Positions 39,090 to 53,221 are shown, counted from the stretch's first letter. The stretch: DNA of 64,000 bases from Octopus vulgaris (GCA_951406725.2 OX597841.1:26288001-26352000), one strand, 5' to 3'. Numbers and translations are program-made. The notes: generated by a model from the sequence alone, not told the origin.

Positions 39090-39434
39090 CTTTCTCTCTC
39101 TCTCCTTCTCTCTCTCTCTAATTCCTTATCTCTCTCCCTCTCTCTCTCACACTTCCAGATTCAGATAAGCCCAAACGCTTGTCTGCATATTTCCGTCCAG
39201 ACTGGACAACGGTCAAACAGTAAAACCAACAACGGCTTCCGGTCAGCAACAGGATCGCAGAGGAAATATATTTGTCGAGATTAGCTCTCGGAGTTCCTTC
39301 TTTCAATTCCAGGAATTTAACCCCATTTCCGGCCTGGCCTTTCGACCATAAATTAGGATCCTCAAAGATAATTCGCCCACCTGTCTGTCTGTCTGTCTGT
39401 CAGTCAGTCTGTTTGTCTGTCTGCGTGTCTGTCC

Positions 39435-39466
<32 letters not shown>

Positions 39467-39515
39467 TGCACACACATACACTATTTCTCTCTTTCAATTA
39501 CCCTCTCTTTCTGAT

Positions 39516-39566
<51 letters not shown>

Positions 39567-39749
39567 GCCTGCCCGCCTGCCTGTCCGTCCGTCCGTCAGT
39601 CTGCCCCTTTCTCTCTCTCTCTGTCTCTCTCTCTCTCTATCTATCTACCGTTGTTGGCTGTTTTGGTTGTTCTTCAGATGTAATCAAACAATCGAAAAGT
39701 AAGACAGAACTATGATCAAACGTAGTCCAATCGGGACCATCCTACACTT

Positions 39750-39816
<67 letters not shown>

Positions 39817-39821
39817 GTCTG

Positions 39822-39885
<64 letters not shown>

Positions 39886-40125
39886 ACTCTCTATCTCTCT
39901 ATCTATCTATATATCTACCTACCTACCTGTTTGTCTGTCTGTCTATCTATCTATCATCTACCAATCTATCTGTCTGTCTGTCTGTCTATTTCCTATCTAT
40001 CTATCTTTTTGTTTCTCTCTCTTTCTCAGCCTATCTTTTTGTCTCTCTATCAATCAATCTATCTATCTGTCTGTCTGTCTGTCTTCACACATGCATATAC
40101 TCACACACACACGTATATATATAGT

Positions 40126-40179
<54 letters not shown>

Positions 40180-40181
<2 letters not shown>

Positions 40182-41077
40182 TCAGTTTGAGTCAAAAGGT
40201 GCTTTTGTATTTCAAGTTTCTTGTGAATAGTTCAAGTGGGTAGATTTCATACGAAAAGCATTTATTTATCACAATTTTTCCCATCATATTCTGTTGTCTG
40301 TTCCCATTGTTGTACCAGAAACTCAATTTAACGTTTTTATCATTTGCCTGGTTTTGAGGAAAGAAAACACCCACCCTGCACCCTTTTAACTTTCGTCCGA
40401 GTAGGAAATGATCCATAGCTCGAAGGAGGTGATAATATAATGGTTGCAAGGCAGGGTATGGCTGCACTTCCAGCCCCTAGGATTTTTGAAGTTTGTACTG
40501 GGGCATTCTCGTGCTGCAGGAGCAGGAGAAGGAGCACGCGTTTTCGATCGATCAGTGCCGGGTAGCGGGCTTTTAAAGCATCAAATACTCGCTGTAGGCG
40601 TTGGGCATAAAGGTTAGCGTTTACAGCATGACCATCCGGGACAAGCTGAAAGTGCAGCACCGCTTCGAAATTCCCCCAAACGCCCCAAAACGCACAACAC
40701 GACCTTCTGCTCAAAACCGCTCTTGTTTGACAACAGGTTCTGAAAACTGTCGAGGACAAAACCACTGATTTCTCTTTTAAGATGGTTAGTGCAACTCTGG
40801 TGGTGGGGGTAGAGTCGGTGTTGTTGGTGCTGGTGATGGTGGTGGTCGTTATCGTTGTCGTCACCATCGTCGTTGAGCCGGTGGTGGTGATGGTGGAGGT
40901 GGAGGTGGTGGTGATGGTGGAGGTGGTAGTGATGGTGGGGGTGGGGTGGTGGAGCCGGCGGTGGTCTCGGTGGTGCTGCTGGTGAGATGAATGGTATCAC
41001 GGTATTGGTTGGAATTGTTATTACTCTTGCTGGTGGTACTGTTGGTGGTATAGGTGACGGTGGCTCAAACGTACATA

Positions 41078-41128
<51 letters not shown>

Positions 41129-42085
41129 GTTTTAAGATTTGAGCATAAAGTATCAAATATTCGCTATAGTCGTTGAGCATAAACCGTTGACAGCATGACC
41201 ATCCGGGTCAAGCTCAAAGTGCAATACGACTTGAAAATTCCCCCAAACGCCCCAAAACGCACAACACGACCTTCTGCTAAAAACCGCTCTTATTTGACAG
41301 CAAGTTCTGTAAACTATCGAAGGCAGAATCACCGATTTCTCTTATTAAGATTTGAGCATAAATCATCAAGTACTCGCTGCTGTAGTCGTTGAGCATAAAG
41401 CGTTGAACATAAAATGTTGAGCTTTAATCTTTGAGTATAAAGCGTTCAATGCATGACCATCCGGAACAAGCTCAAAGTGTAACATCATCTCGAAATTTCA
41501 CCAAAAGTCCCAAAAACAAGATTGAAAAGTTCTGAAGCCTGGCGAGAACAAAGCCACTGCTTTCTCTTATTAGGATTCCGAAAATAGATCCATTTTTCAT
41601 CCCCAGTTATCCGTCGAAGCCAAAACCGGGCCTCCCGAGGATTTGCTAACAGCTTTAAAACCAGTTGTCAAACAAGAGCGGTTTTGAGCAGAAGGTCGTG
41701 TTGTGCGTTTTGGAGCGTTTGGTGGAATTTCCAGGTCGTGTTGCACTTTGAGCTTGACCCGGATGGTCATGCTGTCAGCGCTTTATGCTCAACGCTTTAT
41801 GCTCAACGACTACAGCGAGTATTTGATGCCTTACGCTCAAATCTTAAAAAGAGAAATCAGTGGTTTTGTCCTCGACAGTTTTCAGAACCTGTTGTCAAAC
41901 AAGAGCGGTTTTGAGCAGAAGGTTTTGTTGTGCGTTTTGGAGCGTTTGGTGGAATTTCCAGGTCGTGTTGCACTTTGAGCTTGTCCCATAAGGTCATGCT
42001 GTGAACGATTTATGCTCAATGTTCACCTTTCGTTGAGCCTGGATATTGGTCAGTTCATGAGGTGCTTCTGGACAGTGCCTGTTTG
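40180..42085. mobile_element. Rearranged mariner remnant (tandem and inverted transposase segments)
   Basis: Minus strand NANLYAQRLQRVFDALKARYPALIDRKRVLL..QHENAP..YHLLRAMDHFL; segments repeated at 41131-41660 (-) and 41660-42010 (+). Confidence 0.8.
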
Positions 42086-42464
42086 TATATATAGTTCAAA
42101 ATAAGCGAAAATTTTGGAAGGTAAAAAATAATAATAAGAGCACTCAGAGAGCGCAAAACTCCGCCAAGGCAAGACCAATGTCCTCTCAACGATTAGGTGG
42201 AGATGACTTTTAAGATGAGAATATCTGGAAAAAAACCTCGACTGCTAAACTCGAAATATCGATGTCTCAGATTCCCGAGAGAGGGCGACACTGAACGAAC
42301 GGGGTGTTTTCATTCACACAGTTTCCCTCTGAAAAACTCACTCACTCACACTACATTGGGTCAACGTGGGTGTGTAGCAGAAGATACTTGGAAACTTGGT
42401 GAAGGTGCTACGCCGTGGGATTGAACGCCAAACGAAGTGGATGCAAAGCAAGTTTATTAACGAA

Positions 42465-42471
42465 AGAAAGC

Positions 42472-42505
<34 letters not shown>

Positions 42506-43055
42506 AGAGGAAGAGGAAGAAAGGAGATTGAGAGGAAAGAGAGAAAGAGAAAGAGAAAGAGAGGGAGAGAAAGAGAGGAGAGAGACGGAAGGAGAGAGGA
42601 AGATAAGAGAAAAAAGGAGAGGGAGAGAAAGGGAAAAGGAGGAAGAGAAAGAAAGAAGGAGCGAGAGAGAAAGAGAAAGAAATGAGAGGGAGAGAAAGCG
42701 GGAAGGAGCGAGAAAGAGAGGAGAGAGAAGGAGAGTGAAAGAGAGAAGGAGAGAGAGAGAAAGAGAAAGATAGGAGCTTGAGAGAAAAAGAGAGGAAAGA
42801 TAGAGAGAGGAGAGTGAGTGAAAGGGAGGAGGGAGAGAAAGAGAGGAGAGAGAAGGAGAGTGAAAGAGAGAAGGAGAGAGAGAGAAAGAGAAAGATAGGA
42901 GCTTGAGAGAAAAAAAGAGGAGAGATAGAGAGAGGAGAGTGAGAGAGAGGGAGGAGGGAGAGAAAGACAAGAGAGAGAGGAGAGCAGGAGAGTCAGAGGG
43001 AAAGAGTGAGAGAGGGAGAGGGCGTGTTAGAAAGAAAAGGAGGGAGAGTAAGAAA
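42465..43055. repeat. Near-pure polypurine (GA-rich) tract
   Basis: Direct inspection. Confidence 0.95.
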
Positions 43056-43393
43056 GCAATTACAGTGTGTGTGTGTGTGTGTGGATGCTTTAATATGTCT
43101 ATGCCTATTTATGTGTGCATCTGTGTGTGCATGTATACCTCTGTATCTATCTATCTATCTGTCTGTTTGCCCCTCTCTCTCTCTCTCTCTCTCTCTAACT
43201 ATCTATCTATCTGTCTGTCCGTCTGTCTTTCTTTCTATTAGTTCGTCTGTCCATCTCTCTCTCTCTCTCTCTCCCTCATTCTCTAGTTGTGTGTTTAAAT
43301 TTGAATAAATGCCTATACACACAAATACGAACGCACGCGTATGTATGTATGTATGTATGTATGTATGTATGTATGTATGTATGTATGTATGTA

Positions 43394-43590
<197 letters not shown>

Positions 43591-43778
43591 GCATATATAT
43601 ATATGTATATGTATATATATGTATATATATATATAATGTATATATATATGTATATATATGTATATATGCATTTATATATATATATATATGTATATATATG
43701 CATATATATATATATGTATATATGTATATATATGTATATATGTATATGTATATATATGTATATATGTATATATATATG

Positions 43779-43827
<49 letters not shown>

Positions 43828-43930
43828 GTGTGTGTGTATGTATATATATATATATATATGCATATATATATGTATATATATGCATGCATGTACATATGCA
43901 TACATATATATGTGTTCTCTGCGTGTGTGA

Positions 43931-43967
<37 letters not shown>

Positions 43968-44075
43968 CACACAGACACACACAAATGTTTGTACGTATCA
44001 ATGCATATACGCTATGTATGCGTCTATGCATATCTGTATATAACCTCTTTCAATCTATGTGTTTGTGTGAACAAG

Positions 44076-44109
<34 letters not shown>

Positions 44110-44316
44110 TATGTTTGTGGCTGGCTTTACACCATCGATTGCTGATCTGTGAAATCTCCCGCTAGGTGTCGCAAATGCTGTGACATGCTGTTGAACAAGC
44201 TGTGTGGGCACGTTACCCAATGTAACATGCCATTGACATTAACCTCCCTCCTCCTCCTTCACTCCCCCCTTCATTTTATTTTATCTGTACACCTCTCGTT
44301 TCTTTCACTGTCAATA

Positions 44317-44371
<55 letters not shown>

Positions 44372-44375
44372 ATAT

Positions 44376-44495
<120 letters not shown>

Positions 44496-44515
44496 TTATC
44501 TATCTATCTATCTAC

Positions 44516-44571
<56 letters not shown>

Positions 44572-44722
44572 CTATCTATCTGTCGTTTCATGTGTCTGTC
44601 TGTCTGTCCGTCCGTCGGTTTGTTCCTATCTCTAGCTGTCTCCTCTTTGTATTTTTATGTATGTATGTATCTATCTTTCTATCTATTTGTCTGCCTATCT
44701 CTCTGTCTATCTGTCTATCTAG

Positions 44723-44757
<35 letters not shown>

Positions 44758-45184
44758 ACTATCTATCTATCATTTCATGTGTCTACTTGTCTGTCCGTCC
44801 GTCCATCCATCCTATCTGTCTGTCTGTATCTCTCTCTGCCTCTCTCTCTTTTTTTCTCTACATCTTATATATCTACCTCTATGTCTGTCAGTCTGTCTGT
44901 CTAACTATCTGTCTATCTGTCCATCTACCTAAATGGATATCTCTGTTGGCTTATTTCAATCACACACGCGCACACACAAACACACACGCGCACACACAAA
45001 TACGTACGTACTTATATGCGCAGGTGTCGAAACCATAATGATATTCGTGGGGCAGCTGATGATGGAGGTATGTTGGATTGTTGGTATGGCTGTTTTGGTA
45101 TACGAGGAATAGTATTATAACACATCCTTGTGATACATATATGTATATGTGCACATATAAATACATATGGCTTTTATATTTTAT

Positions 45185-45563
45185 ATTTTGTTTCTGTCAT
45201 TAGACTGCGGCCATGCTGGGGCATCGCATTGTAGAACTTCCACGTCTTTTTTTTTTACTCGAATGAATTAACCCAAATACTTGCTTTTGATGTTTTGAGC
45301 TTCGTGTTTATTCTATAGATTCCTTTTTACCGAACCGCTAAGTTACAGGGACGTAAACACACTAACACCACTTGTCAAGCGGTGATGGGAAACAAAGACA
45401 AACACACACACAAACACGTAACAGGTTTCTCTCAGTTTCCGTCTACCAAAACCACTCACAAGGCTATCGTAAATGACACGTACAAAGTGCCACGCAGTGG
45501 GATTGAACCCGAGATGATGTGGTCAGGAAGACGGCTTCTTGCCACACCACACCACCTGCACCT
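45185..45563 (-). mobile_element. SINE-A, old diverged copy
   Basis: GACTGCGGCCATGCTGG..CCGAACCGCTAAGTTAC..CAGTTTCCGTCTACCAAA..GCCACGCAGTGGGA. Confidence 0.8.
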
Positions 45564-45576
45564 ATGTATAATTATT

Positions 45577-45960
45577 GGAGGCGCAATGGCCCAGTGGTTA
45601 GGGTAGCAGACTCGCGGTCGTAGGATCGCGGTTTCGATTCCCAGACCGGGCGTTGTGAGTGTTTATTGAGCGAAAACACCTAAAAGCTCCATGAGGCTCC
45701 GGCAGGGGATGGTGGTGATCCCTGCTGTACTCTTTCACCACAACTTTCTCTCACTCTTACTTTCTGTTTCTGTTGTACCTGTATTTCAAGGGTCCGGCCT
45801 TTTCACTCTCTGTGTCACGCTGAATATCCCCGAGAACTACGTTAAGGGTACACGTGTCTGTGGAGTGCTCAGCCACTTACACGTTAATTTCACGAGCAGG
45901 CTGTTCCGTTGATCGGATCAACAGGAACCCTCGTCGTCGTAACCGACGGAGTGCTTCCAA
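45577..45960 (+). mobile_element. SINE-C, full length, 10-bp TSD
   Basis: A box TGGCCCAGTGG, B box GGTTTCGATTCC; TGTATAATTA at 45565 and 45963. Confidence 0.9.
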
Positions 45961-45973
45961 CGTGTATAATTAG

Positions 45974-46068
45974 TACTTCTGTCTTAGTGAAAGTGGAGGT
46001 ATTGTTTTCGGTCGCGTTTGTTTGCTTGTTTGTTTGTCTGTGGACAAGATATCTCAAGAACCGCTGGG
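45974..46068 (+). mobile_element. Helentron-associated (HINE/DINE-like) end fragment
   Basis: Hairpin..GGAGGTATTGTTTTC, (GTTT)n GTCTGT, GATATCTCAAGAACCG layout. Confidence 0.4.
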
Positions 46069-46322
46069 TGGACGAGAAATTGCTTGTGAAATACAATAGG
46101 AGCTGGAACGATAGCGATGGTATTTAAACGTTGTGGTTTGGTTACCTGTGCCCACCTGCGAATGGGGAGGTGTTGCGGTTGAGGGCCGAAATACCTAATG
46201 TTCGTCGGATACTTTGACGGCATCAGTTCCTTCCTGTTAATTCTACATTTACCAAACCTGAATGAAATGGAAACATCTTCTTTTCGACAAATAATTGATA
46301 TCAAAACAAAGAAAATCCTTAA

Positions 46323-46799
46323 TTACATTATTTCCATTTGACGGATATTTGTCCTCATCTTGTTTGTTGTTAACACAACGTTTCGGCTGATATACCCTCA
46401 GCCTTCATCAGGTGTCTTGGGGGAATTTCGAACCTCGGTTCTCATTCCTTAGGTATTTTCGATATTATTATTATTATTATTTACATTATTTACATTTGAC
46501 GGATATTTGTCCTCATCTTGTTTGTTGTTAACACAACATTTCGGCTGATATACCCTCCAGCCTTCATCAGGTGTCTTAGGGAAATTTCAAACCTGGGTTC
46601 TCATTCCTTAGGTATTTTCGATATTATTATTATTATTATCATTATTATTATTATTTACATTATTTACATTCGACGGATATTTGTCCTCATCTTGTTTGTT
46701 GTTAACACAACGTTTCGGCTGATATACCCTCCAGCCTTCATCAGGTGTCTTGGGGAAATTTCAGTTCAAACCTGGGTTCTCATTCCTCAGGTATTTTCG

Positions 46800-46873
<74 letters not shown>

Positions 46874-46912
46874 TTCTATATTTAAGAGACGAGGAATTAT
46901 GTACATTATTTA

Positions 46913-46943
<31 letters not shown>

Positions 46944-47103
46944 GTTATTATTATTTACATTATTTACATTTTTTATATTTGACGGATATTTGTCCTCATC
47001 TTGTTTGTTGTTAACACAACGTTTCGGCTGATGTACCCTCCAGCCTTCATCAGGTGTCTTGGGGGGAAATTTCGAACCTGGGTTCTCTTTCCTAAGGTAT
47101 TGT
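46323..47103 (-). repeat. Four-copy tandem repeat, each unit with a minimal type I hammerhead motif, separated by (TAA)n
   Basis: Minus GACAC-CTGATGA-A-GGCTG..CAGCC-GAAA-C-GTT-GTGTT at 46372-46416, 46530-46575, 46704-46749, 47013-47058. Confidence 0.8.
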
Positions 47104-47104
47104 T

Positions 47105-47875
47105 TGCTACATGTCTCTGTGAGTCAAGGAAGGAGACCTCTACATGGTAGCTGACCCGGGTAGAAATAGCAGCCTAATCTCCTTAAAATCACTCCCTACC
47201 GTCATATGTATGTATGCATGAGCCAAGAATTAAGATCTATTTGTTTGCTAGAACTGTTAGAAATAGCAGCCACGTCTCCCTCAAATCACACTCTACTGTC
47301 TTATGTATGTATATAAGTATGTATGAGCCAGTGAGGGAGACATCTGCATAGTAGCAAGACGTGGTAGAAATAGCAGTCAAAGTATGTATGAGCCAATGAG
47401 GATGATCTCAATGTATGAGCCGACGAGGGAGATTTCTACAAAGTAGCTAGAACTGTTAGAAATAGCAGCCAAATCTCCCTCAAAATACTTCAAACTGTCT
47501 TCTGTAGGTACATATGTATGTATGAGCCAGCGAAGGAGATCTCTACAAGATAACTAAACTTGTATCAAATAGCAGCCAAATCTCCCTCAGATCACGTCCT
47601 CCTGTCGTATGTATATATGTATGTATGAGCCAGTGAGGGGACCTCTGCAAGGTAGCTAGACCAGGTAGAAATAGCAACCAAATCTCCCTCAAAACACTCC
47701 TAGCTGTCTTATGTATGTATATATGTATGTATGAGCCAGTGAGGGGACCTCTGCAAGGTAGCTAGACCAGGTAGAAATAGCAACCAAATCTCCCTCAAAA
47801 CTCTCTCAACTGTTTTATGTATGTATATATGTATGTATGAGCCAATGAAGGAGACCTGTACATGGTAGCTAGACC
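47105..47875 (+). repeat. Tandem array of repeat E, ~8 units of ~95 bp
   Basis: GAGCCA.TGAGGGAGACCTCT.CA.GGTAGCTAGAC..GTAGAAATAGCAGCCAAATCTCCCTCAAA. Confidence 0.85.
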
Positions 47876-48344
47876 ACTATCACCACAACCACAACTAGTA
47901 CGATGACCACAACTACTACCACCGCAACAAGAAGAACCGTATCAATTGTGACAATTATCAAATTGCATAACCACGCCCCCGCCCAGAAAAAATAAAAGAA
48001 CTACCACTACCACCACCACCACCACATCATCACCATCATCATTGTCATCGTCATCATCACCACCACCATCGTCACCTCATCATCGCTGTCACAACCATCA
48101 CCATCGCCACCACCACCACCACCACCAAATCCACCACCACTAATATCACAAGCTTATCAGACATCACCGCAACCCCCCCTCCCACTATCATCATTATCAT
48201 CAGTACTACCACCCCTACTGCTACGAATATCACAACCACCACCACCACCACCACCACCACCACAAGAATTGCCACCGAAACACCAACATTACTTGTATCT
48301 TAAACACAATAATCCATACCACTATCAAACCATCTCATCTACTG

Positions 48345-48378
<34 letters not shown>

Positions 48379-48457
48379 CACCTCTGCTGCTACTACTATT
48401 ACTACTACTCCTGTTGCTACTACTGCTACCACTACTGCTACTACTACTGCTGCTACC

Positions 48458-48497
<40 letters not shown>

Positions 48498-48784
48498 TTG
48501 CTGCTGCTACTATTACTGCTGCTGCTGCTGCTGCTACTACTACTACTACTACTACTGCTACTACTACTACCGCTACTGCTGCTGCTACCTCTACTACTAT
48601 TGCTGCTACTGCTAACAATCCAACCAGTCGACCATCCAACCAGTATGCCGACACAAAAACCAACCGACCAACAAAACATCAGCCAATCCACACATGCATA
48701 CACCACAACAGATACTCTCACACACACACCAACAATAACGCCACTAAAAACAACACACACACCACCAACGACAACAACAACAAC

Positions 48785-48840
<56 letters not shown>

Positions 48841-48864
48841 AACTAGCCAACGAAGTGACATACC

Positions 48865-49645
48865 TATATCTTTATTACCCACAAGGCGCTAAACACAGAG
48901 GGGACAAACAAGGACAGACATAGGTATTAAGTCGATTATATCGACCCCAGTGCGTAACTGGTACTTAATTTATCGACCCCGAAAGGATGAAAGGCAAAGT
49001 CGACCTCGGCGGAATTTGAACTCACAACGTAACGCAGACGAAATACCTATTTCTTTATTACCCACAAGGGGCTAAACACAGAGGGGACAAACAAGGACAG
49101 ACATAGGTATTAAGTCGATTACATCGACTCCAGTGCGTAACTGGTACTTAATTTATCGACCCCGAAAGGATGAAAGGCAAAGTCGACCTCGGCGGAATTT
49201 GAACTCACAACGTAACGCAGACGAAATACCTATTTCTTTATTACCCACAAGGGGCTAAACACAGAGGGGACAAACAAGGACAGACATAGGTATTAAGTCG
49301 ATTACATCGACCCCAGTGCGTAACTGGTACTTAATTTATCGACCCCGAAAGGATGAAAGGCAAAGTCGACCTCGGCGGAATTTGAACTCAGAACGTAACG
49401 CAGACGAAATACCTATTTCTTTATTACCCACAAGGGGCTAAACACAGAGGGGACAAACAAGGACAGGCATAGGTATTAAGTCGATTACATCGACCCCAGT
49501 GCGTAACTGGTACTTAATTTATCGACCCCGAAAGGATGAAAGGCAAAGTCGACCTCGGCGAAATTTGAACTCAGAACTAGGCGGCAGACGAAATACCGCT
49601 AAGCATTTCGCCCGGCGTGCTAACGTTTCTGCCAGCTCGCCGGCT
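48865..49645 (-). mobile_element. SINE-B concatemer: head plus four 183-bp bodies, 11-bp TSD
   Basis: Junctions at 49040, 49223, 49406; AGTGACATACC at 48854 and 49646. Confidence 0.9.
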
Positions 49646-49962
49646 AGTGACATACCAACCTACCAAAACAAGCAACACGATTCAACCAGCCAAGCCAGAA
49701 AGCTAGGAAGTCACCAAACCAAACCAACCACAAAGTTACAAACCAAAACGTCGAAACCGAAGCGAACCGACCAAACATCCACCCATCCTTCCATCCATCA
49801 AATCAACGTCACACATACACCAGCAAGAACTACATACACACACCAACAACACACTAACAACACACACACACACACGCACCAACACGCGCACACATACACC
49901 AACACACACAAACACACACCACCACTAACAACACACACACTAACAATACACACACCAACAAC

Positions 49963-49998
<36 letters not shown>

Positions 49999-50091
49999 AA
50001 CACACACACAATACACACACACACACCACCACCACTAACAACACGCACATACACCAACAACACACGCACTAACAATACACAAACACCAAAA

Positions 50092-50122
<31 letters not shown>

Positions 50123-50223
50123 CGCACCAACACACACACACACATACACAAACACACACAATACACACACACACACCACCACTCACAACACGCACACACA
50201 CTAACAATAACACACACACTAAC

Positions 50224-50281
<58 letters not shown>

Positions 50282-50784
50282 ACGCACAAGCCAACTAGCC
50301 CCAACCAAGCAGCATACCAACACACACCAACCAAAACAGAGCCGACACAGTCCAACCATCCAAGCAGCAAGAGAAAGCCAGAAAGCCACCAAAAGCCACC
50401 AAAAGCCACCAAACCGCAAAACTTTCAAACCCAAAAAGTCGAAACCAAAAACCAGAACCAAAACCAAAACCGAATCGAACCGAACCGAACCAAAACCGAA
50501 CCCAACCGACCGACCGACCGACCGACCAACAAAACCCCATTGCCCGCAAGCCATTTCCTATCGTCATGTGAATTAGTTTAAACACACACAATATCTAACA
50601 AAGTAGCACTTTGGCCTGTGTCCAAGCCGTGTCATAGAATCAAACTATGATATAGGGGGCGCTACGATTCTCGCGAATTATCGCCCGCACACCAACGCTA
50701 ATTACACAAGAGCGGACTGGAAACAGTCCAGAAAATTTTTTATTTATTTATTCATTTATTTATTTATTTATTTTTTTTTTTTGT

Positions 50785-50805
50785 TTATTATTATCATTAT
50801 TATTA

Positions 50806-50855
<50 letters not shown>

Positions 50856-50917
50856 GTTGTTATCGTTATTGCTGCTGCTGTTATTGTTGTTGCTGGTGCT
50901 ATGGTTCTTCTTCTTTC

Positions 50918-50948
<31 letters not shown>

Positions 50949-52359
50949 CTCCTTCTTCTTCTTTTTCTTCACCTTCTTCTTCTTCTTCTTCTTCTTCTTC
51001 TTCTTCTTCTTCTTCTTCTTTTCTTTCTTCTTCTTCTTCTTTTTCTTCTTCCACTCCTTCTTCTTCTTCTTCTTCTTCTTCTTCTCCTTCTTCTTCTTCT
51101 CCTTCTTTTTCTCCTTCTTCTCCTTCTTCTCCTTCTTCTCCTTCTTCTTCTTCTTCTTCTTCTTCTTCTTCTTCTTCTTCTTCTTTGTTCTTCTTCTTTG
51201 TTCTTCACTTGCAACGCCTCACCTGCCCCTCCTCCTCCTCTTCCCGCTGTATCCCCACCCGCCCCATCTCACTCACACGTACCAACCTCTTATTTTCACC
51301 TTTGTCTGTCGCTCTCTCTTTCTCTTCATCTCTCTCCCTATCTCCCTTGTCTGTCCATATGTTCCTCTCTCTTTCTCTCCTCTTCTTTCTCTCCTCCTCC
51401 TCCTCCTCTCAGTCTCTTTTTATTACTCTGTATCTGTCTTCCTCTCTGTCTGTCTGTTTGTCTCTCTCTCTCTCTCTATATATATATCTTTCTCTTCCTC
51501 TATCTCTATATCTCTTCTTTCTCTTCCTCATTCTCTGTTGCTCTCCATCTCCCTCTAAACGTCTCCCCCTCTCTCTCTATCTCTACCTCTGTCTCTCTAT
51601 CTCTCTATCTCTACCTCTGTCTCTCTATCTCTCTATCTCTACCTCTGTCTCTCTATCTCTCTATCTCTACCTCTGTCTCTCTATCTCTCTATCTCTACCT
51701 CTGTCTCTCTATCTCTCTTTTATATATGTCTGTCTTTCTTTATCTCTCTTACGCTATGTCTGTCTCTCTGGTTCTCTGTCTTTCTGTCTTTCCCTGTTTC
51801 TATATGTCTGTCTGTCTGTCCCTCTCTCTCTCTCTCTCTCTTTCTCTAAAGAGAGAAATAAATATACATACATATATATCCTCTTCCTCTCTGATGTCTA
51901 TCTCTATCTCTCTGCCTCTTCTTTCTCTTCCTTTTGTTGCTCTCCAGCTCTCTTTAAATGACTCCCTCCTTCTCTTTCTCTGTTGCTCTCCGTCTTTCTC
52001 TCTCTCCCCATCTCTCTCTCTCTCTCCCTCCATCTGTCTGTGTTCTTCTCTTTCTCTGTCCCCACCCTCTTTATATATTTATCTTTATAAGTCAGTCTCT
52101 AAACATCTCTGTTACTCTGCCTCTCTAAATGATTGTATATCTCTCTCTTTCTGTCTGTCTGTCTGTCTGTCTGTCAATCTACCTACCTACCTACCTACCT
52201 ACCTACCCAAAACCCACCCACCCATCCACCTACCTACCTACCTACCTACCTACCTACCTACCTACCTACCTACCTACCTACCTACCTTCCTACCTATCTT
52301 CCTACCTATCGACCTACCTACTTACCTATCCATCCATCCATCCATCCATCCATCCATCC

Positions 52360-52415
<56 letters not shown>

Positions 52416-52428
52416 GTCTATCTATCTG

Positions 52429-52476
<48 letters not shown>

Positions 52477-52513
52477 GCTAGCTAGCTAGCTAGCTACCTA
52501 ATTACCTACCTAC

Positions 52514-52548
<35 letters not shown>

Positions 52549-52566
52549 CCTGTCTGTCTGTCTGTC

Positions 52567-52639
<73 letters not shown>

Positions 52640-52640
52640 C
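50785..52640. repeat. Compound simple repeats (TTA, CTT, CT, CCTA, TCTA) including a 28-bp minisatellite at ~51575-51715
   Basis: Direct inspection; the 566-aa ORF here is an artefact. Confidence 0.95.
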
Positions 52641-53117
52641 GTCTGTCTGCGTGTCTGTCTACATACCTGCCTTTCTTCCTATTTATTTCTCTTTCTCTTT
52701 CTCTCTCTCTTTCTCTTTCTTTCCCCTCCTCTCTCTCCCTCTTCAAATATACACTCTCACACTCACTCACACACATAACTGTATAGTTATCTTGTGTTCT
52801 ATCTCTCTCTCCGATTTTTCTCTTTCTCTCTCTCTCTCTCTCCTTTCTTCCTGCGTTTACCTCTATTTCACATTCCTCCTGCCACGACTCCGATCATCAT
52901 CATCATCATCATCATCACTGCTCCTCCCACCAACAAGGCTACGACGACGGCCACCACCACGACCACCAGCAGCTCAACCACCACCACCACGACTACTGCC
53001 ATGACCACCACCACCACCATTACCACCACCATCGCTATCACACTCTGTTGCTCTGTCACGCTTCCCCGAACACTTATTTGCCTTGTAAAAGAGCGTGCAC
53101 AGACAGACAGACAGACA

Positions 53118-53150
<33 letters not shown>

Positions 53151-53221
53151 GGACCAATACACCCAAGTACTACCACCACCCTCACCGCGACCGCACCCGT
53201 TATTTATATCGACACATTTCG

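Noticed and set aside
46323-47103. CRISPR-like repeat-spacer appearance (also 8640-9088 and 54776-57170)
   Set aside because: Eukaryotic context, spacers are microsatellites rather than unique sequence, and there are no cas genes
50781-52481. 566-aa ORF and the many other poly-IY/VC/HT/LS ORFs
   Set aside because: Translations of simple repeats that lack stop codons; no domain content
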